Assembly: GCA_951406725.2 (NCBI GenBank)
Contig: OX597838.1
Span: forward strand, 33,976,001 to 34,040,000
DNA from: Octopus vulgaris
Lineage: Eukaryota
DNA length: 64,000 bases
Direction: 5' to 3'
Part shown: one piece after another, positions 54,601 to 63,417 of the stretch
How the letters are laid out: each line of letters begins with the position of its first letter
How positions within the stretch are numbered: the first letter of the stretch is position 1
Made by a program: the position numbers and the translations under genes
The notes under the pieces: generated by a model
Seen by the model: the letters and a program-made list of their open reading frames with translations, nothing else
Told to the model about the DNA's origin: nothing
Databases searched by the model: none

Positions 54601-57600
54601 CTTGGTACACCTTCAACTTGGTGGTCAGGCTAATGCTTCTATTCTCCACAACACAAAGGTGGCAAGCTGGCAGAAACGCTAGCATGCTGGGTGAAATGCT
54701 TAGCAGTATTTTGTCTGCTGTTACGTTCTGAGTTCAAATTCCGCAGCATCCTTTCGGGGTCAATTAAATAAGTACCAGTTACGCACTGGGGTCGATATAA
54801 TCGACTTAATCCATTTGTCTGTCCCCTCTGTGTGTAGCCCCATGTGGGCAGTAAAGAAATAAGAGATGTTAGCACGCCGGGCGAAATGCTTAGCGATATT
54901 TCGTCTGTCTTTACGTTCAGAGTTCAAATTCCGCTACGGTCGACTTTGCCTTTCATCCTTTCAGGGTCAATTAAATAAGTGCCAGTTACGCACTGGGGTC
55001 AATATAATCGACTTAATCTGTTTGTCTGTCCCCTCTGTGTGTAGCCCCTTGTGGGCAGTAAAGAAATAAGAAACGTTAGCACACTGGGCGTTCTGAGTTC
55101 AAATTCCGCCAAGGTCGACTTTTCCTTTCATCCTTTCGGGGTCGATAAATTAAGTACTAGTTGCATACTGGGATCGATCTAATCGACTGGTTCCCTCTCC
55201 AAAAACTTCTGGCCTTGTGCCTAGAGTAGAAAAGATTCTCCACAACACAGATTTACAAACACACCAGTTGGCAGCCTGTCAGCATGGGTTTTAAAAAAAA
55301 GGTTAAATGACGGTAATGAAGATGATGATACTTTCTGTCTACCAAAATATTGGTCAACACAAAGCTAATTAATTAAGACAGGAGCGCTAAGAGCACCATC
55401 TGAGTGTGATCATTGCCAGAGCAGCGAACTGGCTTCCGTGCCGGTGGCATGTAAAAAGCACCATTCAAGTGTGATCGTTACCAGCGTTACCTTACTGGCA
55501 CTTGTGCTGGTGGCATGTGAAAAAAAAACATTTGAGTAAGGTCGTTGCCAGCGCCACTGGACTGACTCCTGTGCAGACGGCACGTATAAAAAAACACCAT
55601 TTGAGCGTGGCCGTTGCCAGTACCGCCTGACTGGCCCTGTGCCAGTGACAAGTAAAAGCACCCACTACACTCTCGGAGTGGTTGGCGTTAGGAAGGGCAT
55701 CCAGCTGTAGAAGCTCTGCCAGATCAAGAGTGGAGCCTGGTGCAGGCATCTGGTTCGCCAGTCCTCAGTCAAAATCGTCCAACCCTTGCTGGCATGGAAA
55801 GCGGACATTAAACGATGATGGTGATGATTTTCCCATGATGGCAAATCTGGTTTATCACATCATGTTTTCACTGTCACTTCAATGTATGAACCGATTCCCT
55901 TTTAACAACTGACTTATTTATTACTTCATGTTGACTTTTCCCGTAAATTACTAAACATTTTATTTTCCACAAATTATCTCACAGCAACAAAAATTCCAAA
56001 GTGGTTCTGTTCAGCAAAAGAATAAAGACAAACAACGCAGTACGGAAGTGGTGCTACCCAGCCAAGATATGAGTAAGTCAGCATTTTTACTTTGATAGTA
56101 ACTATATCTGTATTTGTGTGTGTGTATTCTTTTATTTCAGTCATTTGACTGTGGTCATGCTGGAGCACCGCCTCAAAGTGTTTTAGTTGAACAAATCAAC
56201 CCAAGGACTCGTTTTTTAAGCCTAATACTTCTCTATTGCCTAACCATTAAGTTACAGGGATGTAAACGCACCAACACTAGTTTTCAAGCGCTGATTGGGA
56301 GACAAACACACACACACACACACATATATTTAACAGGCTTCTTTCAGTTTCCATCTACCAAATCCACTCACAAGGCTTTGATCAGTCTGAGGCTATAGTA
56401 GAAAACATTTGCCCAAGGTGCCACGCAGTAGGACTGAAACCAGAACCACACAGCCATGCCTGTGTATAGACAGCTCACCAACAGATTATGCCAGCATGGG
56501 CAGTGGATGTTAAATGATGATATATATATATAAAGGAAATGTATATATATGACGTGACCTTCACTGTTTATGTCAGTGGTTCTCAACCAGGGTTCCATGT
56601 AAGATTTAGGAGTTAAAAATTGTGCAATAAATTGTTTATACTTTTACAATAGGCGCAGGAGTGGCTGTGTGGTAAGTAGCTTGCTTACCAACCACATGGT
56701 TCCGTGTTCAGTCCCACTGCGCGGCACCTTGGGCAAGTGTCTTCTACTATAGCCTCGGGCCGACCAAAGCCTTGTGAGTGGATTTGGTAGACGGAAACTG
56801 AAAGAAGCCCGTCGTATATCTCTCTCTATATAAACGGCAGTTTGTCTGTGCGTGTTTCTGTGTGTCTGTTTGCTTGTACCCTCACCCTGACCACGGCTTT
56901 CAACCGATTCTGATGAAACTTGACACACACATAGCCCAATGTCATAATTCAAAACTAACGCAGTGAAAATTTTGAAAAGTTCCCCCAGTCCTGAAAAAAA
57001 TCGATAAATTCGACATGGGGTCGACAATCAGAAACACAAACCACAGACTGTCTAGGGGACGCAACTCCACCTTTTTTAACTAAAAAAATAATTTACCATC
57101 ATTTTTTTGCTATTTTTTTGGCTATAACTCTCTAAAAATGCTTTATAGTTATTTCCCTTACAAACCTGAGCAACGCCGGGCGATACTGCTAGTATGTATA
57201 TGTGTGTATGCGTGTTTGTTTGTGTTTGTTCCCCTAGCATTGCTTGACAACCGATGCTGGTGTTTTTATGTCCCCATCACTTAGCGGTTCTGCAAAAAGG
57301 GACCGATAGAATAAGTACTGGGTTTACAAAGAATAAGTCCCGGGGTCGAGTTGCTCAATTAAAGGCGGTGCTCTAGCATGGCCGCAGTCAAATGACTGAA
57401 ACAGGTAAAAAGAGTAATACACAAAATATTTTAATTCTTTTATTCTTTTACTTGTTTCAGTCATTTGACTGCGGCCATGCTGGAGCACCGCCTTTAGTCG
57501 AACAAATCGACCCTAGGTCTTATTCTATCGGTCTCTTTTGCCGAACCACTAAGTTACGGGGACAAACACATGCACACAAACATACACACATATATATATA

Positions 57601-60600
57601 TATACATATACATATATACGACAGGCTTCTTTCCGTTTCCGTCTACCAAATCCATTCACAAGGCTTTGGTTGGCCCGAAGCTATAGAAGAAGACACTTGC
57701 CCAAGGCGCCATGCAGTGGGACCTGGAACCATGTGGTTGGTAAGCAAGCTACTCACCACACAGCCACTCCTACACCTAATAATTACTTTTATACAATTCC
57801 TAACAATATCTATAATATAACTTGGAGATGGGCAATCGTTGTATTCTGTCTTGTCTTGAGGTTCACAGCCAAACGGCTGGGTGGATTCGCGTGAAAAATG
57901 GCACACATGTGGAGACGGGTGCATAGATTGGGTATTTTTTTCCTAACCCCCATACTTACTGAGGAAATCGATTGATACTTTTTCTAATGGAATTTCCCTC
58001 TTTCTTCTGCCTTTAGCACAACCAGTTGCTTAGAAGCTGTTGTTTGACGGGATGGGGTCAGGAAATTTTCATATAGCTGGAGGCTCCAATTGAAACAGGG
58101 GACCCGAAATGATAAGGTTGACAAACGCTGTTATAGATTATGCCTAACCGAAAACGATCACAGCCACATCATCCAAATGGACCGGGTGAAACTGGGCTTA
58201 GCTACTAGTTTAATTATAAAAGTATAATGGCATTTTTTTTTTTAACTTCAAATTATTGTGGATGTCCAGCAGAGTAAAATGGGAATCAAAGGGGTCTATA
58301 ATCAAAGAGTGGCTGTGTGGTAAGTAGCTTGCTAACCAACCACATAGTTCCAGGTTCAGTCCCACTGCGTGGCATCTTGGGCAAGTGTCTTCTGCTATAG
58401 CCCCGGGCCGACCAATGCCTTGTCAGTGGATTTGGTAGATGGAAACTGAAAGAAGCCTGTCGTATATATGTATGTGTGTGTGTTTGTGTGTCTGTGTTTG
58501 TCTCCCTAGCATTGCTTGACAACCGATGCTGGTGTGTTCACGTCCCCGTCACTTAGCGGTTCGGCAAAAGAGACCGATAGAATAAGTACTGGGCTTACAA
58601 AGAATAAGTCCTGGGGTCGATTTGCTCGACTAAAGGCGGTGCTCCAGCATGGCCGCAGTCAAATGACTGAAACAAGTAAAAGAGTAATTACTGATTTTCA
58701 TTATAGTTTAATGTGTGTGTGCCTGCATATCCAATGTGATCTTTACTGTTCACATAGTATAACTGCAGTTGTTCAGCTACTACAGTTGACGTTCACCAAC
58801 TGTAGTTGTTACATTATGAAACTGGTTGACTGTGATCGTTCACCAACTCTATCTGCTGTGTTGTTGTTATCATCGTTGCTGTGAAACCTAAACTGACCAA
58901 ACCATAATATATTCCAGTAAACCTTCATGTGAATGCTCTTTTCACAGCTGCAGACCCGATGGATGTATCAAAGGACCTTTGGAAATATTCCCAAGAAAAC
59001 CCACAACACTTTAGCAATGGTGGACTGTTTTATTGTCAACTGAAGCAAGAGAAAGACTTTGTAAACGGCTCGCATTTCAGTATTCCTGCTTTACCTGGCA
59101 AGGTATTTTTGGATTTTATTTTTATTTTCTGTAAAACAATATCATTGGATATATTACCAACAAAATTAATCAATGGGTCTGTGTGCCTCTAATGGCTCTA
59201 CCCACCACATACTTAATTTCGTATATATTAACTGCTAGTAGGGACATTGTATTTTATTATGCAACCTTAATATACAACCACACACACACACACACACATA
59301 CATACATATATAGAGGGAGAGAGAAGTTGGTTTTTCAAAGGGCACCCAACTATCAGACATTGGAGTTCAATAGTCTCCCAGCTAGTTGAATCCTGTCAAA
59401 CTGTCCAGCCTTTGGTAGCATGGAAGACAGATGTTAATTGATAATGATACGGAAGGGAAGATATTGGACGAAGTGGTGAGAAAGGATCTTCAGACGTTGG
59501 GCCTCACAGAAGGGATGACTGGAGACCGAGACTCCTGGCAGTTTGCTGTGCTTGAGAAGAAACGAGAAGCTGGGTAAAATGGTTGTCCTTGTCTTACAGT
59601 CATGTCTCCTGCATCCCTCACCAGCTGGGTGTTCTTAATCTTGCAGGCTTGTGGGTGCTGGTGCCATGTAAAAGCACCGAGTGCACTCTGTAAAGTGGTT
59701 GGTATTAGGAAGGGCATCCAGCTGTAGAAACCATGCCAAAACAGACATGGAGCCCAGGCAGCTCTTCGGGTGGCCAGCAGCTCCTGTCAAACTGTCCAAC
59801 ACATGGGAAACGGACGTCAAATGATGATGATGATAATATCATCGTAATCAATGTCTGTTTTCCATGCTGGCATGGGTTGGATCGTTTGACTGAAAACTGG
59901 GGAGCTGCACAAGGCTCCAATCTGATTTGGCTTGATTTCTACAGCTGGATGCCCTTCCTAATGCCAACCACTCCAAGTGTATAGTGGGTGTCTTTTACAT
60001 GCCACTGACCATTACTACAATCTCACTTGGCTTGACAGGTCTTCGCAAGAATGTTATATTGCCAAAGGTCTCAGTCACTGCCTCCGTGAGGCCCAAAGTT
60101 TGAGTGCTTTTTCCATGCTACCAACACAAGTACCAGTTACACAACACTGACATTGGCCATGACCACAATTTCATTTCACTTAACAGGCCTTCTCAAGTAC
60201 AGCATATCGCCAAAGATCTTGGTCACTTGTCATTGCCTCTGTGAGGCTCAACGTTCAAAGATCATGCCTCGCCACCTCATCCTATGTATATGAAATTATT
60301 TATCAATGCCATACACAGATTTGTTCAGAATTCAAATACTTCTGTTGTGATGTGGTTGTGAAATCTATTATTGTCTTTGTTACAGGTATTCGTTTATAAT
60401 TCTGCTGATGACAGACTGGATATATGCCTGAGACCGTACGGGCATTTTTCTGTTGAGCCAGATGTAGAAGAGAAAGCCAGGAGCACAAAACCGCACCTAT
60501 ACTTCAACTGTGAATATCCAAAACCTGCTCTCTCCAGCACAAACTTTCGACGTAGCAAGAAATCGGCCCCGTCGTCTGAAACAGACCACTCTTCGAAGTT

Positions 60601-63417
60601 GTTCCACTGCAAGGACTCCATGACTTCAGATAAGAAAGGGGACTTAACTGAGGGGAAAGAGAGCAATAAGAAGCCAGCAGCGCTGCCCAAGACCAGCTAC
60701 AGCAAGAGCGAACACCCAACGTATCAGAGACTAGGGCCAGGTTTCAGTGTATTGGGTGCCGAACATTCAAATGTGACCAATCATAGTTTAGAATTGCTCC
60801 ACACACTTGCAAAGAACATTGACCCGGCTATCTTTGACCAACTGAAGGATTCTGAGGTTGAAAAGAATCAGGTAAAAGACTTTTTGTTTGTTTATATACT
60901 TATTGGGTATTTGTAAAGGCCCCGGGTGTAAGCTGTGTGGTAAGAAGTTTGCTTCCTAACCACAGGGTTTCAGGTTCAGTTCTACCTTGTTATCCTGGTG
61001 TACTAACAGAGAACTTAGACAGAATTTTGTCGAAATTGATAATCCCTCACTAATAACTCTTCAGTGGAGGCACATGGCCTAGTGGTTAGAGCAGCGGACT
61101 TGCGGTCGAGAGATTGTGGGTTCGAATCTCAGACTGGGCGATGTGTGTGTTTATGAGTGAAACACTTAAGGCTCCACGCGGCTCCGGCAGAAGGTAATGG
61201 CAAACTTCTGCTGACTGTTTCACCACAACTTTCTCTCACTCTTTCCTCCTGCATCTTGCAGCTCACCTGTGACGGACTGACGTCCTGTCCAGGTGGGGAA
61301 CCTATACGCCAAGGAAACCAGCCCTATGAGCCAGGCGTGGCTGGAGAAGGAACAAACAACAAAAACTCTTTATTTATATATATCTATATATATAAAACTC
61401 TAGTTGTGTGAGTGTCTGTCCCCTTCGATTTAGATTCCTAACTACTCCCACATTTTGCGGTGCAGTTTAACCAAATTCGGGTATCTTATAGTCGTGATTC
61501 ATATCGAGCCCGTCTGACTATTAGCGCGCGTCAACGATGAGTCTACGATTTTAAAAATAATTTAACATAATTTTTTATTCCATTTTAATGCATAAAATGC
61601 ATCGTATGTCGATGGCGGCGGAGTTGGCGTCCATGCTCACAGCTGCACCTGTTTGCTTCTCCCCCTTCCCTCCCTCGTGAAGCTGTGGGGAAGGGAGTGT
61701 ACAGAAATCAACGTCGTAATGCGTTGTCAAGGAGACCAGCGTTCTTTTAGAACAACGACTTCATGGCTTGAAGACACCAAAACAAAAATGGCTAAGAAAG
61801 CCCGAATTTATAAGGGAAGTAACTCTCTAAAAATGCTTATATAGTTATTTCCCTTACAAACCCGAGCAACGCCGGGCGATACTGCTAGTATTATATAAAA
61901 AGGCAGCGAGCTGGCAGACATGTTAGCGTGCCGGGCGAAATGCTTAGCAGTATTTCATCTGTCGTTATGTTCCGAGTTCAAATTCCGCCGAGGTCGACTT
62001 TGCCTTTTATCCTTTCAGGGTCGATAAATAAAGTGACTTAATCCCTTTGTCTGTCCTTGTTTGTCTCCTCTATGTTTAGCCCCTTGTGGGCAATAAATAT
62101 CACCATCATCATCGTTTAACGTCTGCTTTCCATGCTGGCATGGGTTGGACGGTTCAACTGGGGTCTTTGAAGCCAGAAGGCTGGACCAGGCCCAGTCTGA
62201 TCTGGCAGTGTTTCTACAGCTGGATGCCCTTCCTAACGCCAACCACTCTGTGAGTGTAGTGGGTGCTTTTTACGTGCCACCAGCACAGGTGCCAGACGAG
62301 GCTCGCAAACGGCCACGATCAGATGGTGCTTTTTACATGCCACCGGCACGGGGACCAGACGAAGCTGGCAACGGCCATGGTTGAATGGTGCTTTTTACGT
62401 GCCACCGGCACATATATATATTATGGAGATGTACTTGCATGGTATGTGTTTTGATATCAGATCTTGCATTGAAACTAAAACAATTGCAGTGTGGAAGACA
62501 CATTTTATTCTTTCAGAAACACAGACAGTTAACTTGATGTAAACATTTGTTGTTTTCAGTAATATGGTGTCACTTGAAACTGGTTACTAACAATTTTGTG
62601 CATAGACAAGGTTGCGGGGTGCTGACAAAGTTCTTGGTTTGGGGTAAAAGTTAATACAGGAGCAAAAATGGCAGGTGACAGGTGGGTTCTATGTAGACAG
62701 ACTTGCTGCAGGTTTTGCATGAACTGGCTAGCCAACAGACCATCTGACCAACACAAAGATGGTTGCAAAGATTACACCTGATACAGTAAATAAGACTGGA
62801 AGAGTTCCAGATGTAGAGGGGTGTGCTGGTTAAATCCAGTGGGGGAGGTGGTGTTGGTGGTGAACAGACAGGTGTAGCATCAGGGTTTGGAGCAAGGGAA
62901 AGACCTGGATTGGGTGGGAATGGAGGGAGCTACAAGACCTGTAGGTCGCAGGCGTGTTTGAAGGAAAGCAAGGATGGGTTGGGGAAAATAGAGAGGGTGG
63001 TGAGACCTAGTTGGAGATGACGGAAGGCTCGTAGGATCTTCCGACGAAGGTGGAGGGGTGGAAAAGGAGGGGAAAGGGGATGCAGCTGGGGTACTGGTGT
63101 GGGGAAGGAGAAAGGACAGTGGTGCAATTGGTTTTGGCAGGCATGGGTAAGGGCAGTTTGGTATCTATGAGACACAAACAAGAGGACCAGGCATTGAGCC
63201 TGAATCTCAAAGTCCTGGTCCTAGCTGCAGAGGTGGAGGTAGGGGTTTGGCCAGTTTGGTATAGGAAGGGTGGGAGGAGAAAAAGTTGAGGTGGAGGTGA
63301 GTGAAAACAGCCTATTATATATATGAGATTGCTTTATATTTGCAGGTGGATGATGATGATGATGACGACAATGATGACCTATCCTCATGTGGTAACAGCG
63401 AAGATATGGACATATAA
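5094..63417 (+). CDS. VCPIP1: VCPIP1/VCIP135-like OTU deubiquitinase, 13 coding exons: 5094-5928, 24239-24367, 28537-28667, 32677-32788, 37554-37748, 41078-41183, 42457-42594, 45179-45312, 50655-50965, 55985-56072, 58948-59102, 60386-60871, 63346-63417 (963 aa)
   Basis: Hand-spliced model. Every intron is GT..AG and phases match (1,1,0,1,1,2,2,1,0,1,0,0). Total 2892 nt, ending TAA. Motifs recognised from VCPIP1 occur in colinear order: [34 protein letters not shown]...[53 protein letters not shown]...DRL. Confidence 0.9.
6091..6510 (+). mobile_element. tRNA-derived CORE-like SINE with internal (TA/TG)n (representative; more than 20 full or partial copies, e.g. 10303, 14843, 26530, 28978, 36630, 39413, 42627, 47378, 49748, 51537, 56651, 57440, 58306)
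   Basis: A-box TGGCTGTGTGG, B-box GGGTTCAGTCCC, CORE-like CCTTGGGCAAGTG, 3' hairpin CAGTCAAATGACTG and tail GAAACAAGTAAAAGAGTAA. Resembles recalled octopus OR-type SINEs. Confidence 0.88.
6995..9367 (-). mobile_element. 5'-truncated RTE-clade LINE (disrupted RT ORF, 3' UTR, (GAT)n tail)
   Basis: ORF pieces on the minus strand: [19 protein letters not shown]...[46 protein letters not shown]...[10 protein letters not shown]. Frameshifts and an internal deletion near 8580. Confidence 0.92.
9378..9739 (+). mobile_element. Non-autonomous Helitron-like element
   Basis: 5' TCTATATATATAAACGGCA; 3' GC-rich hairpin followed by CTAG|T. Confidence 0.7.
10156..10928 (-). mobile_element. Non-autonomous Helitron-like element with nested SINE (10303-10698)
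   Basis: Minus-strand 3' end AAACCCGAGCAATGCCGGGCGATACTGCTAG|T; 5' end ATATATAAAGCTGAAGTTGTCTGTGTG. Confidence 0.72.
12660..13245. repeat. Compound (TA)n/(TG)n/TATC microsatellite block
   Basis: Directly visible low-complexity sequence. Similar blocks at 13660-13850 (TCTG/TCCG/TCTA) and 44845-45050. Confidence 0.95.
14150..14590 (-). mobile_element. Isolated RTE 3' UTR/tail with tandem ~62-nt modules (representative; others near 1008, 3240, 10929, 23480, 25660, 30570, 32282, 34025, 37925, 38748, 39828, 46405, 52997, 53697, 55380, 59650, 62103)
   Basis: Same sequence as the 3' end of the RTE at 6995-7380: GGTTGGCGTTAGGAAGGGCATCCAGC...AACGATGATGAT. Confidence 0.85.
18830..19928 (+). mobile_element. 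RTE LINE 3' fragment with long modular 3' UTR
   Basis: Degenerate LRWYGHV...[15 protein letters not shown] coding remnant, then about six GTGC.GGTGGCAC-type modules and a (GAT)n tail. Confidence 0.82.
20926..21120 (-). mobile_element. Short Penelope-type repeat with minimal hammerhead motif (copy 2), between (TA)n tracts
   Basis: Near-identical to 597-795; motif at 21014-21048 is identical. Confidence 0.65.
24239..24367 (+). CDS. VCPIP1: VCPIP1 coding exon 2 (OTU catalytic His, GRNHYIPL)
   Basis: Acceptor ttttccag|GG, donor AAG|gtaact. Translates (G)[42 protein letters not shown]. Confidence 0.93.
24573..24616 (-). ncRNA. Minimal type I hammerhead ribozyme motif (Penelope-type)
   Basis: Minus strand ACAT-CTGAAGA-A-TGCTG-GAGGGTATAT-CAGCC-GAAA-CG-TT-GTGT. 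Stem I ACAU/GUGU; one mismatch at the base of stem II. Confidence 0.7.
25109..25180 (-). mobile_element. Degenerate tRNA-like SINE head
   Basis: Minus strand GGCATATGGAGTAGGGTCTAAGAGAGCGGGCTACTAGCCCTAAGATTCCGAGTTTGATTCCAAGCAGTGACC, with A-box-like, anticodon-arm-like and B-box-like segments. Confidence 0.65.
28189..28426. repeat. Minisatellite, ~31-35-nt units with core TATGCAATTAAGTGAAATTGG
   Basis: Seven TATGCAA(A)TTAA cores plus one partial unit, with variable 3' portions. Confidence 0.9.
28537..28667 (+). CDS. VCPIP1: VCPIP1 coding exon 3
   Basis: Acceptor gtttag|GA, donor TCG|gtaagt. [43 protein letters not shown]. Confidence 0.92.
29450..30509. mobile_element. hAT-like MITE hosting nested piggyBac MITE and mariner relic
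   Basis: Ends CAGTGTTTTTCAACC / GGTTAAGAACCATTG. Related ends at 28895, 30518, 23345 and 56574. No clean TSD seen. Confidence 0.55.
29792..30349 (-). mobile_element. Internally deleted mariner with both TIRs and TA TSD
   Basis: TA|TTGGGTTGTCTGGAAAGTTCGTGC...GCATGAACTTTCCGGGCAACCCAA|TA. ORF 29840..30130 has the mariner motif [18 protein letters not shown]. Confidence 0.92.
32677..32788 (+). CDS. VCPIP1: VCPIP1 coding exon 4
   Basis: Acceptor ttatag|GAA, donor CTG|gtaagt. [37 protein letters not shown]. Confidence 0.9.
34600..35142 (+). repeat. Direct tandem duplication of ~270 bp
   Basis: 34600-34874 and 34875-35142 are near-identical (unique AT-rich part plus LINE-like 3' end). Confidence 0.9.
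37554..37748 (+). CDS. VCPIP1: VCPIP1 coding exon 5
   Basis: Acceptor ttatag|GT, donor AAG|gtatgt. [34 protein letters not shown]... with a CxxC motif. Confidence 0.88.
41078..41183 (+). CDS. VCPIP1: VCPIP1 coding exon 6
   Basis: Acceptor cttccag|AT, donor ATC|gtaagt. Open frame ending PFCSHCK. Supplies the required phase 1 to phase 2 bridge and the second CxxC. Confidence 0.8.
42457..42594 (+). CDS. VCPIP1: VCPIP1 coding exon 7
   Basis: Acceptor tttcag|A, donor GAT|gtaagt. [45 protein letters not shown]. Confidence 0.92.
45179..45312 (+). CDS. VCPIP1: VCPIP1 coding exon 8
   Basis: Acceptor ttgtag|A, donor CCG|gtatgt. [44 protein letters not shown]. Confidence 0.92.
46181..47366 (+). mobile_element. 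Mariner deletion derivative with nested RTE tail (~46405-46790)
   Basis: Inverted ends CTGATCAATAAGTAT.CGGACTGTTGCCAT / ATGGCAACAGTCCGGATACTTATTGATCAG. ORF 46924..47145 has [19 protein letters not shown] (WVPxxL-type motif). Confidence 0.85.
48417..48502 (-). ncRNA. Type I hammerhead ribozyme with intact core
   Basis: Minus strand TTGG-CTGATGA-[GTGCT..CATTTTA..TGTTGTAA/TTACAATA..TAAAATG..AGTAC]-GAAAC-GATC-GTA-CCAA. All core nucleotides present; GUA cleavage triplet. Confidence 0.82.
48628..48801. repeat. Foldback palindrome (~80-bp arms) within (TA)n context
   Basis: AATATAATATGTGACAATTATT...GAGTTTCGGATGTTGGGGTGGAAA.CTGCTC pairs with GAGCAG.TTTCCGCCCCGACATCCGAAACTC...AATAATTGTCACATATTATATT. 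Confidence 0.88.
48832..49720 (-). mobile_element. 5'-truncated RTE LINE 3' fragment
   Basis: ORF 49079..49789 ([16 protein letters not shown]...[12 protein letters not shown]...RPRKTW) is highly similar to 7440-7975; ends in a (GAT)n tail. Confidence 0.92.
50655..50965 (+). CDS. VCPIP1: VCPIP1 coding exon 9 ([20 protein letters not shown], then Ser/Gly-rich linker with two SPKR motifs)
   Basis: Acceptor ttttccag|GT, donor AAT|gtaagt. Continues KHFPGEF; the frame is open for 103 codons. Confidence 0.87.
53335..53696 (-). mobile_element. Decayed 3' end of a second RTE-type LINE
   Basis: [10 protein letters not shown]...W...KRK...RAF.A..GLISH.RTH resembles RTE C-termini with a degenerate zinc finger. 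Further remnants probably at 54130-54650. Confidence 0.7.
54326..54531. mobile_element. Mariner-derived MITE (partial relatives at ~9990-10145, ~25523-25660, ~62614-62650)
   Basis: Inverted ends TGCTGAGAAATTCCTGGCTTT / AAAGCCAGGAACTTTTCAGCACCCCCTCATA. Confidence 0.7.
55985..56072 (+). CDS. VCPIP1: VCPIP1 coding exon 10 (low-conservation linker)
   Basis: Acceptor ctcacag|CAA, donor TGA|gtaagt. [29 protein letters not shown]. It is the only candidate I found that gives the needed phase 0 to phase 1 bridge; no recognisable homology. Confidence 0.68.
56819..57192 (+). mobile_element. Non-autonomous Helitron-like element inserted in the internal microsatellite of a SINE (56651-57416)
   Basis: A|TC start; end CCTGAGCAACGCCGGGCGATACTGCTAG|T. 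The host SINE resumes exactly after it; no TSD. Confidence 0.85.
57809..58208 (+). mobile_element. Non-autonomous Helitron-like element
   Basis: A|TCTATAATATAA start; end CCGGGTGAAACTGGGCTTAGCTACTAG|T. Confidence 0.65.
58948..59102 (+). CDS. VCPIP1: VCPIP1 coding exon 11
   Basis: Acceptor ttcacag|CT (alternative in-frame AG 6 nt downstream), donor AAG|gtattt. [20 protein letters not shown]...[10 protein letters not shown]. Confidence 0.88.
60386..60871 (+). CDS. VCPIP1: VCPIP1 coding exon 12
   Basis: Acceptor ttacag|GTA, donor CAG|gtaaaa. [29 protein letters not shown]...[11 protein letters not shown]. Confidence 0.86.
61383..61888 (+). mobile_element. Non-autonomous Helitron-like element
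   Basis: A|TCTATATATATAAAAC start; end CCCGAGCAACGCCGGGCGATACTGCTAG|T. Confidence 0.82.
62655..63300 (-). mobile_element. Decayed Penelope-like retroelement fragment (post-RT linker and GIY-YIG endonuclease)
   Basis: Minus-strand translation across frameshifts: [16 protein letters not shown], then [20 protein letters not shown], matching the Penelope pattern IY.I.C..C...YVGQT. Confidence 0.72.
63346..63417 (+). CDS. VCPIP1: VCPIP1 probable terminal coding exon (acidic tail [23 protein letters not shown])
   Basis: Acceptor tttgcag|GTG in phase 0, TAA at 63415-63417. Acidic ExMD end resembles VCPIP1 C-termini; followed by AT-rich 3' UTR-like sequence. Confidence 0.7.
   Translation: MDDDDDDDNDDLSSCGNSEDMDI

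Noticed and set aside
56905-56925. CTGATGAAAC as a hammerhead core
   Set aside because: No stem II between CUGAUGA and GAAA; part of a common Helitron 5' motif (CCGATT.TGATGAAACTT).
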